Positions 29,125-36,652 of a DNA stretch of 64,000 bases are shown piece by piece. The stretch is from the NCBI GenBank assembly GCA_017612915.1, contig JAGAEX010000031.1, forward strand, positions 11,449 through 75,448. The letters are read 5' to 3'. Under the pieces are notes generated by a model, which was not told the DNA's origin, made no database searches, and saw only the letters and a list, made by a program, of their open reading frames with translations. The translations under genes were made by a program, and so were the position numbers. Within the stretch, counting starts at the first letter, position 1. Each line of letters begins with the position of its first letter. The stretch comes from Clostridia bacterium (GTDB lineage Bacteria > Bacillota > Clostridia > Christensenellales > Borkfalkiaceae).

Positions 29125-30399
29125 ATGGAAGATAGAATTTATTGTTGTATTGATCTGAAAAGTTTTTACGCTTCCGTTGAGTGTGTGGAGCGTGGACTCG
29201 ATCCTTTTAAGGCCAATTTGGTAGTTGCCGACCCCGACAGGGGCAAAGGTACGGTTTGTCTTGCCGTTTCGCCTGCGTTAAAAGCGCTCGGCGTTAAAAA
29301 TCGTTGCCGCGTTTTTGAAATTCCCAACAGTATCGAATATATTATCGCAAAGCCGCGTATGAAACTTTATATTGATAAGTCTGCGGAGATTTATTCAATA
29401 TATTTACGCTATATTGCGGCAGAAGATATTCACGTTTATTCTATTGATGAAGTTTTCATCGACATTACCGATTATCTCGTTTTGTACAAAAAAACGGCAA
29501 AGACTCTTGCAAGGCTTTTAATAGACGAAGTGTTTGCGGCAACAGGTGTTCGGGCAACAGTAGGGATAGGCACTAATTTGTTTTTAGCAAAAGTTGCTCT
29601 CGATATAACTGCAAAGCACGCCGATGATTTTATGGGTTATCTTGATGTTTCGGCTTTTAAAAAAACAATTTGGCATCATAGACCTATTACCGATGTTTGG
29701 AACGTCGGACGTGGTATCGCCGTAAGACTTGCCAAAATGGGGATATTCGACTTGTGCGGTGTTGCTAAATGCCCGGAACAGGTTTTATACAAGCAATTCG
29801 GTGTAAATGCGGAACTTCTGATAGACCACGCGAACGGAATTGAGCCCTGTACTATCGCGGATATTCACGCGTATCGCTCTAAAAGCGTTTCGCTTTCTAA
29901 CGGGCAGGTGCTTTTTTCCGATTATTCGTTTGACGACGGGCTTATCGTTTTAAAAGAAATGGTAGAGCAACTAGTTTTGGAGTTGGTTGAAAAGAATCTC
30001 GTAACGGATTCTATTTCTTTAAGCGTTTTGTTTGCGGATAGAAGTGCAAAATCTGTCGGCGGTACGGAAAAGCTTTCTGAATATACTTCTTCCGTTAAAA
30101 AACTTATTAAATATTTTACCGATTATTATACCAAAAAAGTGCCGAAAACTGCATTGATACGCAAGATAAACGTGGGGCTTAACGATCTTATCGACGAAGC
30201 GTTTATCACGCGCGATCTTTTGACAGATAGCGAGAAGCTCGATAAAGAACGCGATTTGCAGCGTACGGTCGTGGGGCTTAAACACAAGTACGGTAAAAAC
30301 GCGATTTTGTTCGGAACGAGTTATAACAAGCGGGCTACGGGTCGGGATAGGAATAAATTGATAGGAGGGCATAACGGTGGAGAAGATGACAAGACTTGA
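29125..30399 (+). CDS. Y-family (translesion) DNA polymerase, UmuC/DinB-like
   Basis: 424 aa. It contains CCIDLKSFYASVECVERGLDP and YSIDEVFIDIT, the catalytic acidic motifs of ImpB/MucB/SamB-type polymerases. Confidence 0.85.
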   Translation: MEDRIYCCIDLKSFYASVECVERGLDPFKANLVVADPDRGKGTVCLAVSPALKALGVKNRCRVFEIPNSIEYIIAKPRMKLYIDKSAEIYSIYLRYIAAEDIHVYSIDEVFIDITDYLVLYKKTAKTLARLLIDEVFAATGVRATVGIGTNLFLAKVALDITAKHADDFMGYLDVSAFKKTIWHHRPITDVWNVGRGIAVRLAKMGIFDLCGVAKCPEQVLYKQFGVNAELLIDHANGIEPCTIADIHAYRSKSVSLSNGQVLFSDYSFDDGLIVLKEMVEQLVLELVEKNLVTDSISLSVLFADRSAKSVGGTEKLSEYTSSVKKLIKYFTDYYTKKVPKTALIRKINVGLNDLIDEAFITRDLLTDSEKLDKERDLQRTVVGLKHKYGKNAILFGTSYNKRATGRDRNKLIGGHNGGEDDKT

Positions 30400-30694
30400 A
30401 CGCGCCAAGCAATTTATGCCGTTTGCCGCTCTCCACGGTTATGAGAAAGTTCTTAAAGAAAAGGAAGCCGTAAGGATCGAAAAGAGAGAGTTGACGGTTG
30501 AAGAAGAAAAGAAATTAAACGAGATAGTGCTGCGAGTAAAAAAGGGCGATATTGTTAGCGTGGAGCATTACTCGACTGACAGATACGTTAAAGTCGAAGG
30601 TGTTATCACCGCTATAGACTTAACGCTAAAATTTATCACCGTCGTAAAGACGAAAATTTTGTTCGCAAATATTAAGGAAATTAAATTGATATGA
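30377..30694 (+). CDS. YolD-like protein (accessory partner of Y-family polymerases in Firmicutes)
   Basis: 105 aa. The RAKQFMPFAALHGY motif is typical of YolD-like proteins. The GTG at 30377 is preceded by AGGAGG. It overlaps the polymerase gene by 23 nt. Confidence 0.7.
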   Translation: MEKMTRLERAKQFMPFAALHGYEKVLKEKEAVRIEKRELTVEEEKKLNEIVLRVKKGDIVSVEHYSTDRYVKVEGVITAIDLTLKFITVVKTKILFANIKEIKLI

Positions 30695-31260
30695 AGATCG
30701 TGCTTGCAAGCGGTTCGCCGAGAAGAAAAGAAATTTTGACCGAGTTCGGGTATGCTTTTTCCGTTGAGAAAAGCAATTTTGTTGAGCGCGACGATCAGGC
30801 TGACGCGCGTTTCGTTGCTTTGAAAAACGCTGAAGGAAAAGCAAACGACGTGTTTTTGCGTTTGTCGGGTAGCGGCAAAGCGGGAAATTTTGCGGTCGTA
30901 GGTGCGGACACAGTTGTTTTTTTGGACGGCGTTATTCTCGGCAAGCCGAAGGATAGGTTTGATGCGGTTAGAATCTTAAAAATGCTTTCGGGTAAAACAC
31001 ATACGGTCGTTACGGGCTATTGTGTTTTAAGTGCGAATATTCGCGTCGTGGGGATAGATGAAACGATCGTGTGTTTTAACGAATTGCCCGACGAGACGAT
31101 TGGCGAATATATAGATAGATGTAAGCCTTTCGATAAGGCGGGAAGTTACGGTATTCAGGACGGATTTCCGCTCGTGAACTATGTAAAAGGCAGCCTTTAT
31201 AACGTTATAGGGTTTCCGATAGAAAAGATAAAACCCGTTTTAGACGGTTTGTTAAAATGA
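30691..31260 (+). CDS. maf: Maf-family nucleoside triphosphate pyrophosphatase
   Basis: 189 aa. It contains MKIVLASGSPRRKEIL, GADTVV and AGSYGIQ. There is an ATGA overlap with the YolD-like stop. Confidence 0.9.
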   Translation: MKIVLASGSPRRKEILTEFGYAFSVEKSNFVERDDQADARFVALKNAEGKANDVFLRLSGSGKAGNFAVVGADTVVFLDGVILGKPKDRFDAVRILKMLSGKTHTVVTGYCVLSANIRVVGIDETIVCFNELPDETIGEYIDRCKPFDKAGSYGIQDGFPLVNYVKGSLYNVIGFPIEKIKPVLDGLLK

Positions 31261-31269
31261 AAGCGTTTT

Positions 31270-31306
31270 ATTCGACGCGGCAATTTGCCGCGTCGAATTG
31301 CTTTTT
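31270..31306 (+). terminator. Rho-independent terminator after maf
   Basis: ATTCGACGCGGCA pairs with TGCCGCGTCGAAT (12-13-bp stem), followed by TGCTTTTT. Confidence 0.8.
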
Positions 31307-31322
31307 AAAAGGTTTAAAAAAT

Positions 31323-31351
31323 TTGACAAAATAAAAATCTAATAGTATAAT
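31323..31351 (+). promoter_or_regulatory. Consensus sigma-A promoter (TTGACA-17-TATAAT) of the AbrB-like/ABC operon
   Basis: TTGACA at 31323-31328, a 17-nt spacer, and TATAAT at 31346-31351. Both hexamers match the consensus perfectly. Confidence 0.75.
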
Positions 31352-31376
31352 GTAAGAAAAGTAAGAAAAATAAGAA
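31352..31376 (+). repeat. Tandem direct repeat GTAAGAAAA x2 plus partial ATAAGAA, immediately downstream of the -10 element
   Basis: GTAAGAAAA at 31352-31360, GTAAGAAAA at 31361-31369, and ATAAGAA at 31370-31376. Confidence 0.8.
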
Positions 31377-31384
31377 TTTTTTGC

Positions 31385-31393
31385 GGGGGGGGG
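31385..31393 (+). repeat. G9 homopolymer tract at the ribosome-binding position of the AbrB-like gene
   Basis: Nine consecutive G residues ending 6 nt before the GTG start at 31400. This is unusual in such AT-rich sequence. Confidence 0.9.
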
Positions 31394-31399
31394 ATAAAT

Positions 31400-31621
31400 G
31401 TGAAAAATTCACAAGAAGACAGATTTATAGTGAGTGTAAAGGTCGGTCCGAAGGGGCAGATAACTATTCCCGTGGAAGCGCGGAATATGTTTGATATCGA
31501 CGTTGGTGATACTTTGATGGTTATGGGAGATAAAAACAAGGGCATTGCACTTTTAAAAGATGATGCGTTTTATAAATTGATGGAGGAATTTGTTCCGGAT
31601 GGTAGCGATAAAAATAAATAA
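31400..31621 (+). CDS. AbrB/SpoVT-family (looped-hinge helix) DNA-binding protein
   Basis: 73 aa with a GTG start. KVGPKGQITIPVEARNMFDIDVGDTLMVMGD is the SpoVT-AbrB fold signature. Confidence 0.75.
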   Translation: MKNSQEDRFIVSVKVGPKGQITIPVEARNMFDIDVGDTLMVMGDKNKGIALLKDDAFYKLMEEFVPDGSDKNK

Positions 31622-32333
31622 ATTAAGAAAAGAATATAAAGATTTGGTGGCGGTTGACGATCTTGACCTTGAAATTAAAGAAGGCGAACTTTTTTCGCTT
31701 TTGGGTGTGAACGGTGCAGGCAAGACAACTACGATAAAAATGCTTGCCACGCTTGTAAAACCGACGAGCGGCGACGCGTTTATCTATGATTATTCGATAA
31801 AAAAGGATGGCGATAATATAAAAAAGCTGATAGATATTTCTATGCAGGAAACGGCGGTTGCACGCAATCTTACGGTTGAAGAAAATATAGGTTTTTACGC
31901 TAAACTTTCAGGACGAGCGCAAAGCGAACGTGAAACAATAAAAAAAGAGATATATTCTTCTTTCGGTTTAGAGAAGGTTGCGAAGAAACGTGCGGCAAAA
32001 CTTTCGGGCGGTTGGCAACGTAAACTGTCTATCGCGCTTGCGCTCGTTTCCAAGCCTAAAATTCTTTTTTTGGACGAGCCGACTTTAGGGCTTGACGTTA
32101 TTGCAAGGCGTGAACTTTGGAGTACGATAAATAAACTCAAATCGCAGATGACCGTTATTCTTACCACGCACTATATGGAAGAAGCGGAAGTGCTTTCCGA
32201 CAGGATAGGGATAATGAAAGACGGTAAACTTTCTTTTGTCGGTACGAAAGACGAACTCTTTGCAAAAACCGGTAAACAAAGTGTAGAACAGGCGTTTGTC
32301 GAAATTGTGTCGGGGGGTGAATTTAATGCGTAG
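31599..32333 (+). CDS. ABC transporter ATP-binding protein (ABC-2 exporter type)
   Basis: Walker A is GVNGAGKTT, the signature is LSGGWQRKL, and Walker B is ILFLDEPT. I prefer the ATG at 31599 over the track TTG at 31590. It overlaps the end of the AbrB-like gene. Confidence 0.9.
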   Translation: MVAIKINKLRKEYKDLVAVDDLDLEIKEGELFSLLGVNGAGKTTTIKMLATLVKPTSGDAFIYDYSIKKDGDNIKKLIDISMQETAVARNLTVEENIGFYAKLSGRAQSERETIKKEIYSSFGLEKVAKKRAAKLSGGWQRKLSIALALVSKPKILFLDEPTLGLDVIARRELWSTINKLKSQMTVILTTHYMEEAEVLSDRIGIMKDGKLSFVGTKDELFAKTGKQSVEQAFVEIVSGGEFNA

Positions 32334-33081
32334 GTCGTTGGCGAAAATATTGACTTTAACGGACAGGAATTTAAAAGAGATTGTGCGAGATCCGCTTTCT
32401 CTGATTTTTACGATAGCCTTGCCGCTGTTTATGGAAATATTGTTTTACTTTTTATTCCACGGTATGACTGCTCAATTTGAAATGAGATTTTTAGCGCCGG
32501 GGATTGTGGTGTTTTCACAGTCGTTTTTGACTTTGTTTACGGGGCTTTTGATCGCGACGGACAGAAACACTTCTTTTTTGACAAGGCTTTATGTGTCGGA
32601 TACAAAATCGTTCGAGTTTATCTTCGGATACGCGTTTGCCGTTTTGCCGATGGCACTTGTGCAGTCCGTCCTGTTTTTTATTGTCGGCGGATTGTTTGAC
32701 GCGTCGCTTTTCGGATTGTCTATGCTGTGGGCGATTCTTTTAAGCAGTTGTTTGTCTTCTTTTTTCTTTATCGCGTTCGGGATATTGTTCGGTTCTTTGT
32801 GCAATGAAAAGTCTATCGGCGGTATGTCTTCAATTATAATCACGGGGCAATCGATTTTGTCGGGTATGTGGTTTCCGGTTGAAGGGCTTGACGGCGCGAT
32901 GGTTGCGATTATGAATATTTTACCTTTTAAAAATGCAACGCTGCTTATACAGAATACGGTAAACGGCATAAATAATATGTTTGATGATTTTGTTTATCCA
33001 TTACTTATCGTTGTGGGTTATACGCTGGTCGCTTTGGTCGTTGCGATTATTACGTTCAGAAATAAGATGAAGGCTAAATGA
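32326..33081 (+). CDS. ABC-2 family transporter permease
   Basis: 251 aa from the ATG at 32326, which overlaps the ATPase stop. The SD is GGGGGTGA. It has six hydrophobic segments. Confidence 0.8.
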   Translation: MRRSLAKILTLTDRNLKEIVRDPLSLIFTIALPLFMEILFYFLFHGMTAQFEMRFLAPGIVVFSQSFLTLFTGLLIATDRNTSFLTRLYVSDTKSFEFIFGYAFAVLPMALVQSVLFFIVGGLFDASLFGLSMLWAILLSSCLSSFFFIAFGILFGSLCNEKSIGGMSSIIITGQSILSGMWFPVEGLDGAMVAIMNILPFKNATLLIQNTVNGINNMFDDFVYPLLIVVGYTLVALVVAIITFRNKMKAK

Positions 33082-33096
33082 TATTATGGTAAAAAT

Positions 33097-33134
33097 AAAG
33101 CGGGGATCGATGAAGGTTCCCGCTTTATTTTTTT
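33097..33134 (+). terminator. Rho-independent terminator after the ABC operon
   Basis: AAAGCGGGGA (33097-33106) pairs with TTCCCGCTTT (33117-33126), followed by ATTTTTTT. Confidence 0.75.
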
Positions 33135-33143
33135 ATTTAAAAT

Positions 33144-33704
33144 TTAATAAGATTTTCCGAAGAATGATGAAAACTGGCAAATCATAAGTATCAAAGAAAA
33201 GATCATAAAGCCGAAGAAATACATTATACCTGTGTTTTTTATGCAGTCTATTATTAAGGCTTCTCCAAAAGCGCCGCTGAAATATTGGGCGAAAAATCCG
33301 ACGACCGGCATAAGGCTTATGATCGTTACGGCAAGCATTACAAAACCTAAAAGAACGCTTATTACTTTCAAGATTATTCTTAATGATTCGACTCTTGCCA
33401 TCATAAGGATGATCCCGAATACGAGATCGAAAGCAACGATGGCGTAAAACGCGTAAATCGAATACGGTAACAGATTGAGAATCTCCGGCGTTAGTACCGA
33501 AGAAAGTTTTATAATGTCAAACAGGGCTGTTATAAAGCCGGTTTGAATAAGTGCGACGCCGCTCGTGGTGCCGATGGGGGTGATTTCATTGAAGGCGAAT
33601 ACTAAAGACGGGTCTAATGTAAGCGGTATTAAAAGCGTCGCAAAAGCGAACAGACAAAAGATAAGTTGTCCTACGCCGAGTTTTCCTTCATAATTGTTAC
33701 TCAT
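33144..33704 (-). CDS. Polytopic membrane protein, unknown function
   Basis: 186 aa with 5-6 hydrophobic helices. A strong SD (AAGGAG) lies 7 nt upstream of the ATG at 33704. It is the last gene of a minus-strand operon. Confidence 0.65.
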   Translation of the reverse strand: MSNNYEGKLGVGQLIFCLFAFATLLIPLTLDPSLVFAFNEITPIGTTSGVALIQTGFITALFDIIKLSSVLTPEILNLLPYSIYAFYAIVAFDLVFGIILMMARVESLRIILKVISVLLGFVMLAVTIISLMPVVGFFAQYFSGAFGEALIIDCIKNTGIMYFFGFMIFSLILMICQFSSFFGKSY

Positions 33705-33731
33705 AAGTTTTCTCCTTATATTTTAATTTTT

Positions 33732-34388
33732 TTAAATATTCTTTTTTTTCTTTTCTATCCTGAAACTGTCGCGCGCTTTGTCTATCGTTTTGTTGTGGAT
33801 AAACTGCGGGAAAGTTTGGTTTTCCAAAAGGGTTTTTATTTTGTCGTAATCGGTTATCAGCATTACGCTTAAAAGCCATGCGATAGCCATGTCTATATAA
33901 TATTCGCCGAATTCGATATTTGATATCAGGTTTATTATATTATCGTGATACTTTACATTGTTAAAATAATTCAGCAAACAAACGATACCGAATCTGACGG
34001 TGTAAGCCTTTTCGGATTTTAGCCATTTTTCGATGTTGTTATACAAGACGTCTTTGTTTTTTACCGATTTTCTTATCGAAGCGGCTACCGTGTCGCAAAT
34101 TGCCCAGTTGTCGATAGACGGAAGATAATCGTTTAGTCTGTCGTAAAATTCCTTTTCGTCTTTGATCTTTGAGAGTAGTAGTCCGTGTATAAGATATTCT
34201 TCGTAATAAAAATGCTCTCTGTTTATGAATTCGTAAAAGTCTTCGGAAGAAAGAGATTTTGCGATTATGCGAATTTCCGGAAGCCTTACGCCGATTATCT
34301 CGTATTTTGTGTCGGGCACTATTTTAGAGTGAAAACTTTTATATTTCAGGTCCTGTTTTGACAGCAGGGCAGACCGTAAATTGTTCAT
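33732..34388 (-). CDS. DNA alkylation repair protein (AlkD/AlkC-like HEAT-repeat family)
   Basis: The track ORF extends to 34574 but overlaps the upstream gene. The ATG at 34388 forms an ATGA overlap with that gene's stop. The product MNNLRSALLSKQDLKYKSFHSKIVP...IIGVRLPEIR...NWAICD matches the remembered pattern of the DNA alkylation repair enzyme family. Confidence 0.65.
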   Translation of the reverse strand: MNNLRSALLSKQDLKYKSFHSKIVPDTKYEIIGVRLPEIRIIAKSLSSEDFYEFINREHFYYEEYLIHGLLLSKIKDEKEFYDRLNDYLPSIDNWAICDTVAASIRKSVKNKDVLYNNIEKWLKSEKAYTVRFGIVCLLNYFNNVKYHDNIINLISNIEFGEYYIDMAIAWLLSVMLITDYDKIKTLLENQTFPQFIHNKTIDKARDSFRIEKKKKNI

Positions 34389-35038
34389 CGGTCGAAAAAC
34401 ATTACGAGTAAATCGTAAAACCCGTTGCGCACGGTGCGGAGATTGTCGTAAAAAGTGTTTACATCGTTGCCGCTTCCGTGAGTGTCGGTAACGCCTTTGA
34501 TCATGTATAAAGGAAGATTGTTTGCTGTGCAGACTTGCGCTATTGCGCCGCCTTCCATATCGAATAATGTGCATTCGAGAAAAGAAACTGTTGCGATATC
34601 GGCGTCTTTTTCGGTAAATCTGTCGGATGTTGCAAGGTTTGCTTTTGGTAAAAAGGATAGTCTGTCGGTTTTCGGGTAGAAATACACGGTGTCGTAATCC
34701 TGTATATATCCGACGGGAACGTTGTCAAGCGCGCTTAAATCAAAATCGTACTGACAGCATTTTTTTACGGCGTAATAACTTAATGTTTCCGCTTTGCCGA
34801 TTATTCCGCCGACTGAACCGAAATTCAGTATGCAATCCAAATCGTAATTGTCAATAAGAAATTGCGTTGAAAGTGCAGCGTTTACTTTACCTATTCCGCT
34901 TTCGATCAACACGAACCTATCATCGCCGATTGTGCCTTTATATATCGTTTTTCCGTTTTTGGCGATTGATTTTTCGGCGTCCGTTTTTAATATTACGTTT
35001 TCCGCTTCGCTGTGCAAAGCAACGACTATGCCTACCAT
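34385..35038 (-). CDS. PNP_UDP_1-family nucleosidase, MTA/SAH nucleosidase-like
   Basis: 217 aa. It contains MVGIVVALHSEAE, ESGIGKVNAALSTQ, NFGSVGG and DMEGGAIAQVC, a pattern typical of Pfs/MtnN-type nucleosidases. Confidence 0.65.
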   Translation of the reverse strand: MVGIVVALHSEAENVILKTDAEKSIAKNGKTIYKGTIGDDRFVLIESGIGKVNAALSTQFLIDNYDLDCILNFGSVGGIIGKAETLSYYAVKKCCQYDFDLSALDNVPVGYIQDYDTVYFYPKTDRLSFLPKANLATSDRFTEKDADIATVSFLECTLFDMEGGAIAQVCTANNLPLYMIKGVTDTHGSGNDVNTFYDNLRTVRNGFYDLLVMFFDR

Positions 35039-35054
35039 TTTTTGACCTTTATAT

Positions 35055-35083
35055 ATTTTAACATCTTATTTATCGTTTGTCAA
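35055..35083 (-). promoter_or_regulatory. Sigma-A promoter (minus strand; TTGACA-17-TAAAAT) for the nucleosidase/AlkD-like/membrane operon
   Basis: On the minus strand: TTGACA (35083-35078), a 17-nt spacer, and TAAAAT (35060-35055). It lies 17 nt upstream of the ATG at 35038. Confidence 0.65.
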
Positions 35084-35256
35084 CACATTATAATATGTGT
35101 GTAAATTGTAAATAATGAAGACATAACGGTCTTTCTTGTAATGTTTTCAAAATTTACCACCGAATTTTAAAAATATGACATAACATAAAAACGTAATTTT
35201 TTATCGATATTTTAATATTTTAATCGTAATTTTGCAATTTTTTTAAAATATATCGC

Positions 35257-35285
35257 TTGACTTTTAGTGATTTTAGGTGTAAAAT
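35257..35285 (+). promoter_or_regulatory. Sigma-A promoter (TTGACT-17-TAAAAT) of glmM-glmS
   Basis: TTGACT at 35257-35262, a 17-nt spacer, and TAAAAT at 35280-35285. It lies about 45 nt upstream of the glmM ATG. Confidence 0.6.
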
Positions 35286-35330
35286 ATAAAAACGTGAAAT
35301 GCTAAAAATGAAATAAGGATAAAATTTGAT

Positions 35331-36650
35331 ATGGGATTATTTTTCGGTACGGATGGTTTAAGGGGTAAAGTCAACGAAGATCTGACTTTCGGAATTGTGT
35401 ATAAGGTTGGCAACGCGCTTTCCGCATTAAAGGATAAGCCGACGATTATTATAGGGTCGGATACGAGAATTTCTAATTCTTATCTGACGCTCGGAGTAGC
35501 GAGTGGCGCTATAAGCGGTGGTGCTCAAGTGATTGACGCGGGCGTCGTGCCTACGGCGGGCATAGCTTTTTTGACTAAAAGGTTAAAGGCCGATTACGGT
35601 GTTGTGATAAGCGCGTCGCACAACAGCGGGGAATATAACGGTATCAAAGTTTTCAATTCAAACGGCTATAAACTCAGCGAGAAGGAAGAAGAAAAGATAG
35701 AGCGCTGTTTTATTCACGATAAAACAAACGATTTTCCGCATATCGGAACTTACGAACAGGATTTTACGCTTATTAAGCAATACAGGGACTTTCTTATCGG
35801 GGCGAGCGAAAATTCATTGAAGGGTAAAACGATAGTTCTCGATTGCGCTTTCGGTGCGGCGCACAGGATTGCACCTGAGGTGTTCAGAAAACTCGGTGCT
35901 AACGTGGTTGCGGCAAACGCGGTTGACGACGGGTTGAATATCAATAACGGTTGCGGCACCCTTTATCCGGAAAATCTCGTCAGGAGAGTGTATCGTTATA
36001 AGGCGGATATAGGCTTTGCGTTCGACGGCGATGCAGACAGGATTATCGCGGTGGATGAAAACGGCAGAATAATTGACGGCGATATGATTATGTGCGGTAT
36101 AGCGAAATATTTGAAATCGAAAAACAGTCTTCGACACGATACTGTCGTTGGAACGAGTCATACGAATATGGCGATCGAAGACAATTTAAAGGCAAACGGA
36201 ATATCTATGATAAGGACGGATATCGGCGATAAGTACGTTTTGGCTAAACTTCTTGAAAAAAATCTGTCGCTCGGCGGAGAGCAGAGCGGACATATACTCT
36301 TGAACGATACGTCAACTTCTTGCGACGGTATTCTGGCGGCTATAACGGTCGCGAATATGGTTATAAGCGAAAATCATCCTTTGTCTTCAATAATAGACGT
36401 TGAGCCTTATCCGCAGATAAATAAAAACGTTATCGTAACAGATCAATTCAGGATAATGAACAGCGAAGAATTGCTGAAAGAAACGATGAAGTACAACGGT
36501 TTACTCGAAGGTAAGGGCAGACTTATGATAAGGGCGTCGGGTACGGAACCTAAGATAAGGATAATGGTTGAAAGCAGCGATAAGGCTTTAAACGAATCAA
36601 TCGCTAATTCGATGCTGAAATTGATTAAGAATATTGACGAAGAGGTGTAA
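35331..36650 (+). CDS. glmM: Phosphoglucosamine mutase
   Basis: 439 aa. It contains FGTDGLRG, the active-site motif SASHNSGEYNGIK, and GGEQSGH. Confidence 0.9.
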   Translation: MGLFFGTDGLRGKVNEDLTFGIVYKVGNALSALKDKPTIIIGSDTRISNSYLTLGVASGAISGGAQVIDAGVVPTAGIAFLTKRLKADYGVVISASHNSGEYNGIKVFNSNGYKLSEKEEEKIERCFIHDKTNDFPHIGTYEQDFTLIKQYRDFLIGASENSLKGKTIVLDCAFGAAHRIAPEVFRKLGANVVAANAVDDGLNINNGCGTLYPENLVRRVYRYKADIGFAFDGDADRIIAVDENGRIIDGDMIMCGIAKYLKSKNSLRHDTVVGTSHTNMAIEDNLKANGISMIRTDIGDKYVLAKLLEKNLSLGGEQSGHILLNDTSTSCDGILAAITVANMVISENHPLSSIIDVEPYPQINKNVIVTDQFRIMNSEELLKETMKYNGLLEGKGRLMIRASGTEPKIRIMVESSDKALNESIANSMLKLIKNIDEEV

Positions 36651-36652
36651 TT

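Noticed and set aside
34389-34574. 5' extension of the AlkD-like ORF (track start 34574)
   Set aside because: The extension lies entirely within the upstream nucleosidase gene and encodes an Arg/His/Ser-rich junk-like peptide. The internal ATG at 34388 gives an ATGA stop/start overlap and a sensible family N-terminus.
35045-35330. Searched for a glmS ribozyme, DnaA boxes or an sRNA in the 286-bp AT-rich region; noticed GACATAAC twice (35120, 35177) and CGTAATTTT twice
   Set aside because: No GC-rich ribozyme core and no TTATCCACA-like boxes are present. Repeats of 8-9 nt are expected by chance in sequence this AT-rich. Only the two divergent promoters are supportable.
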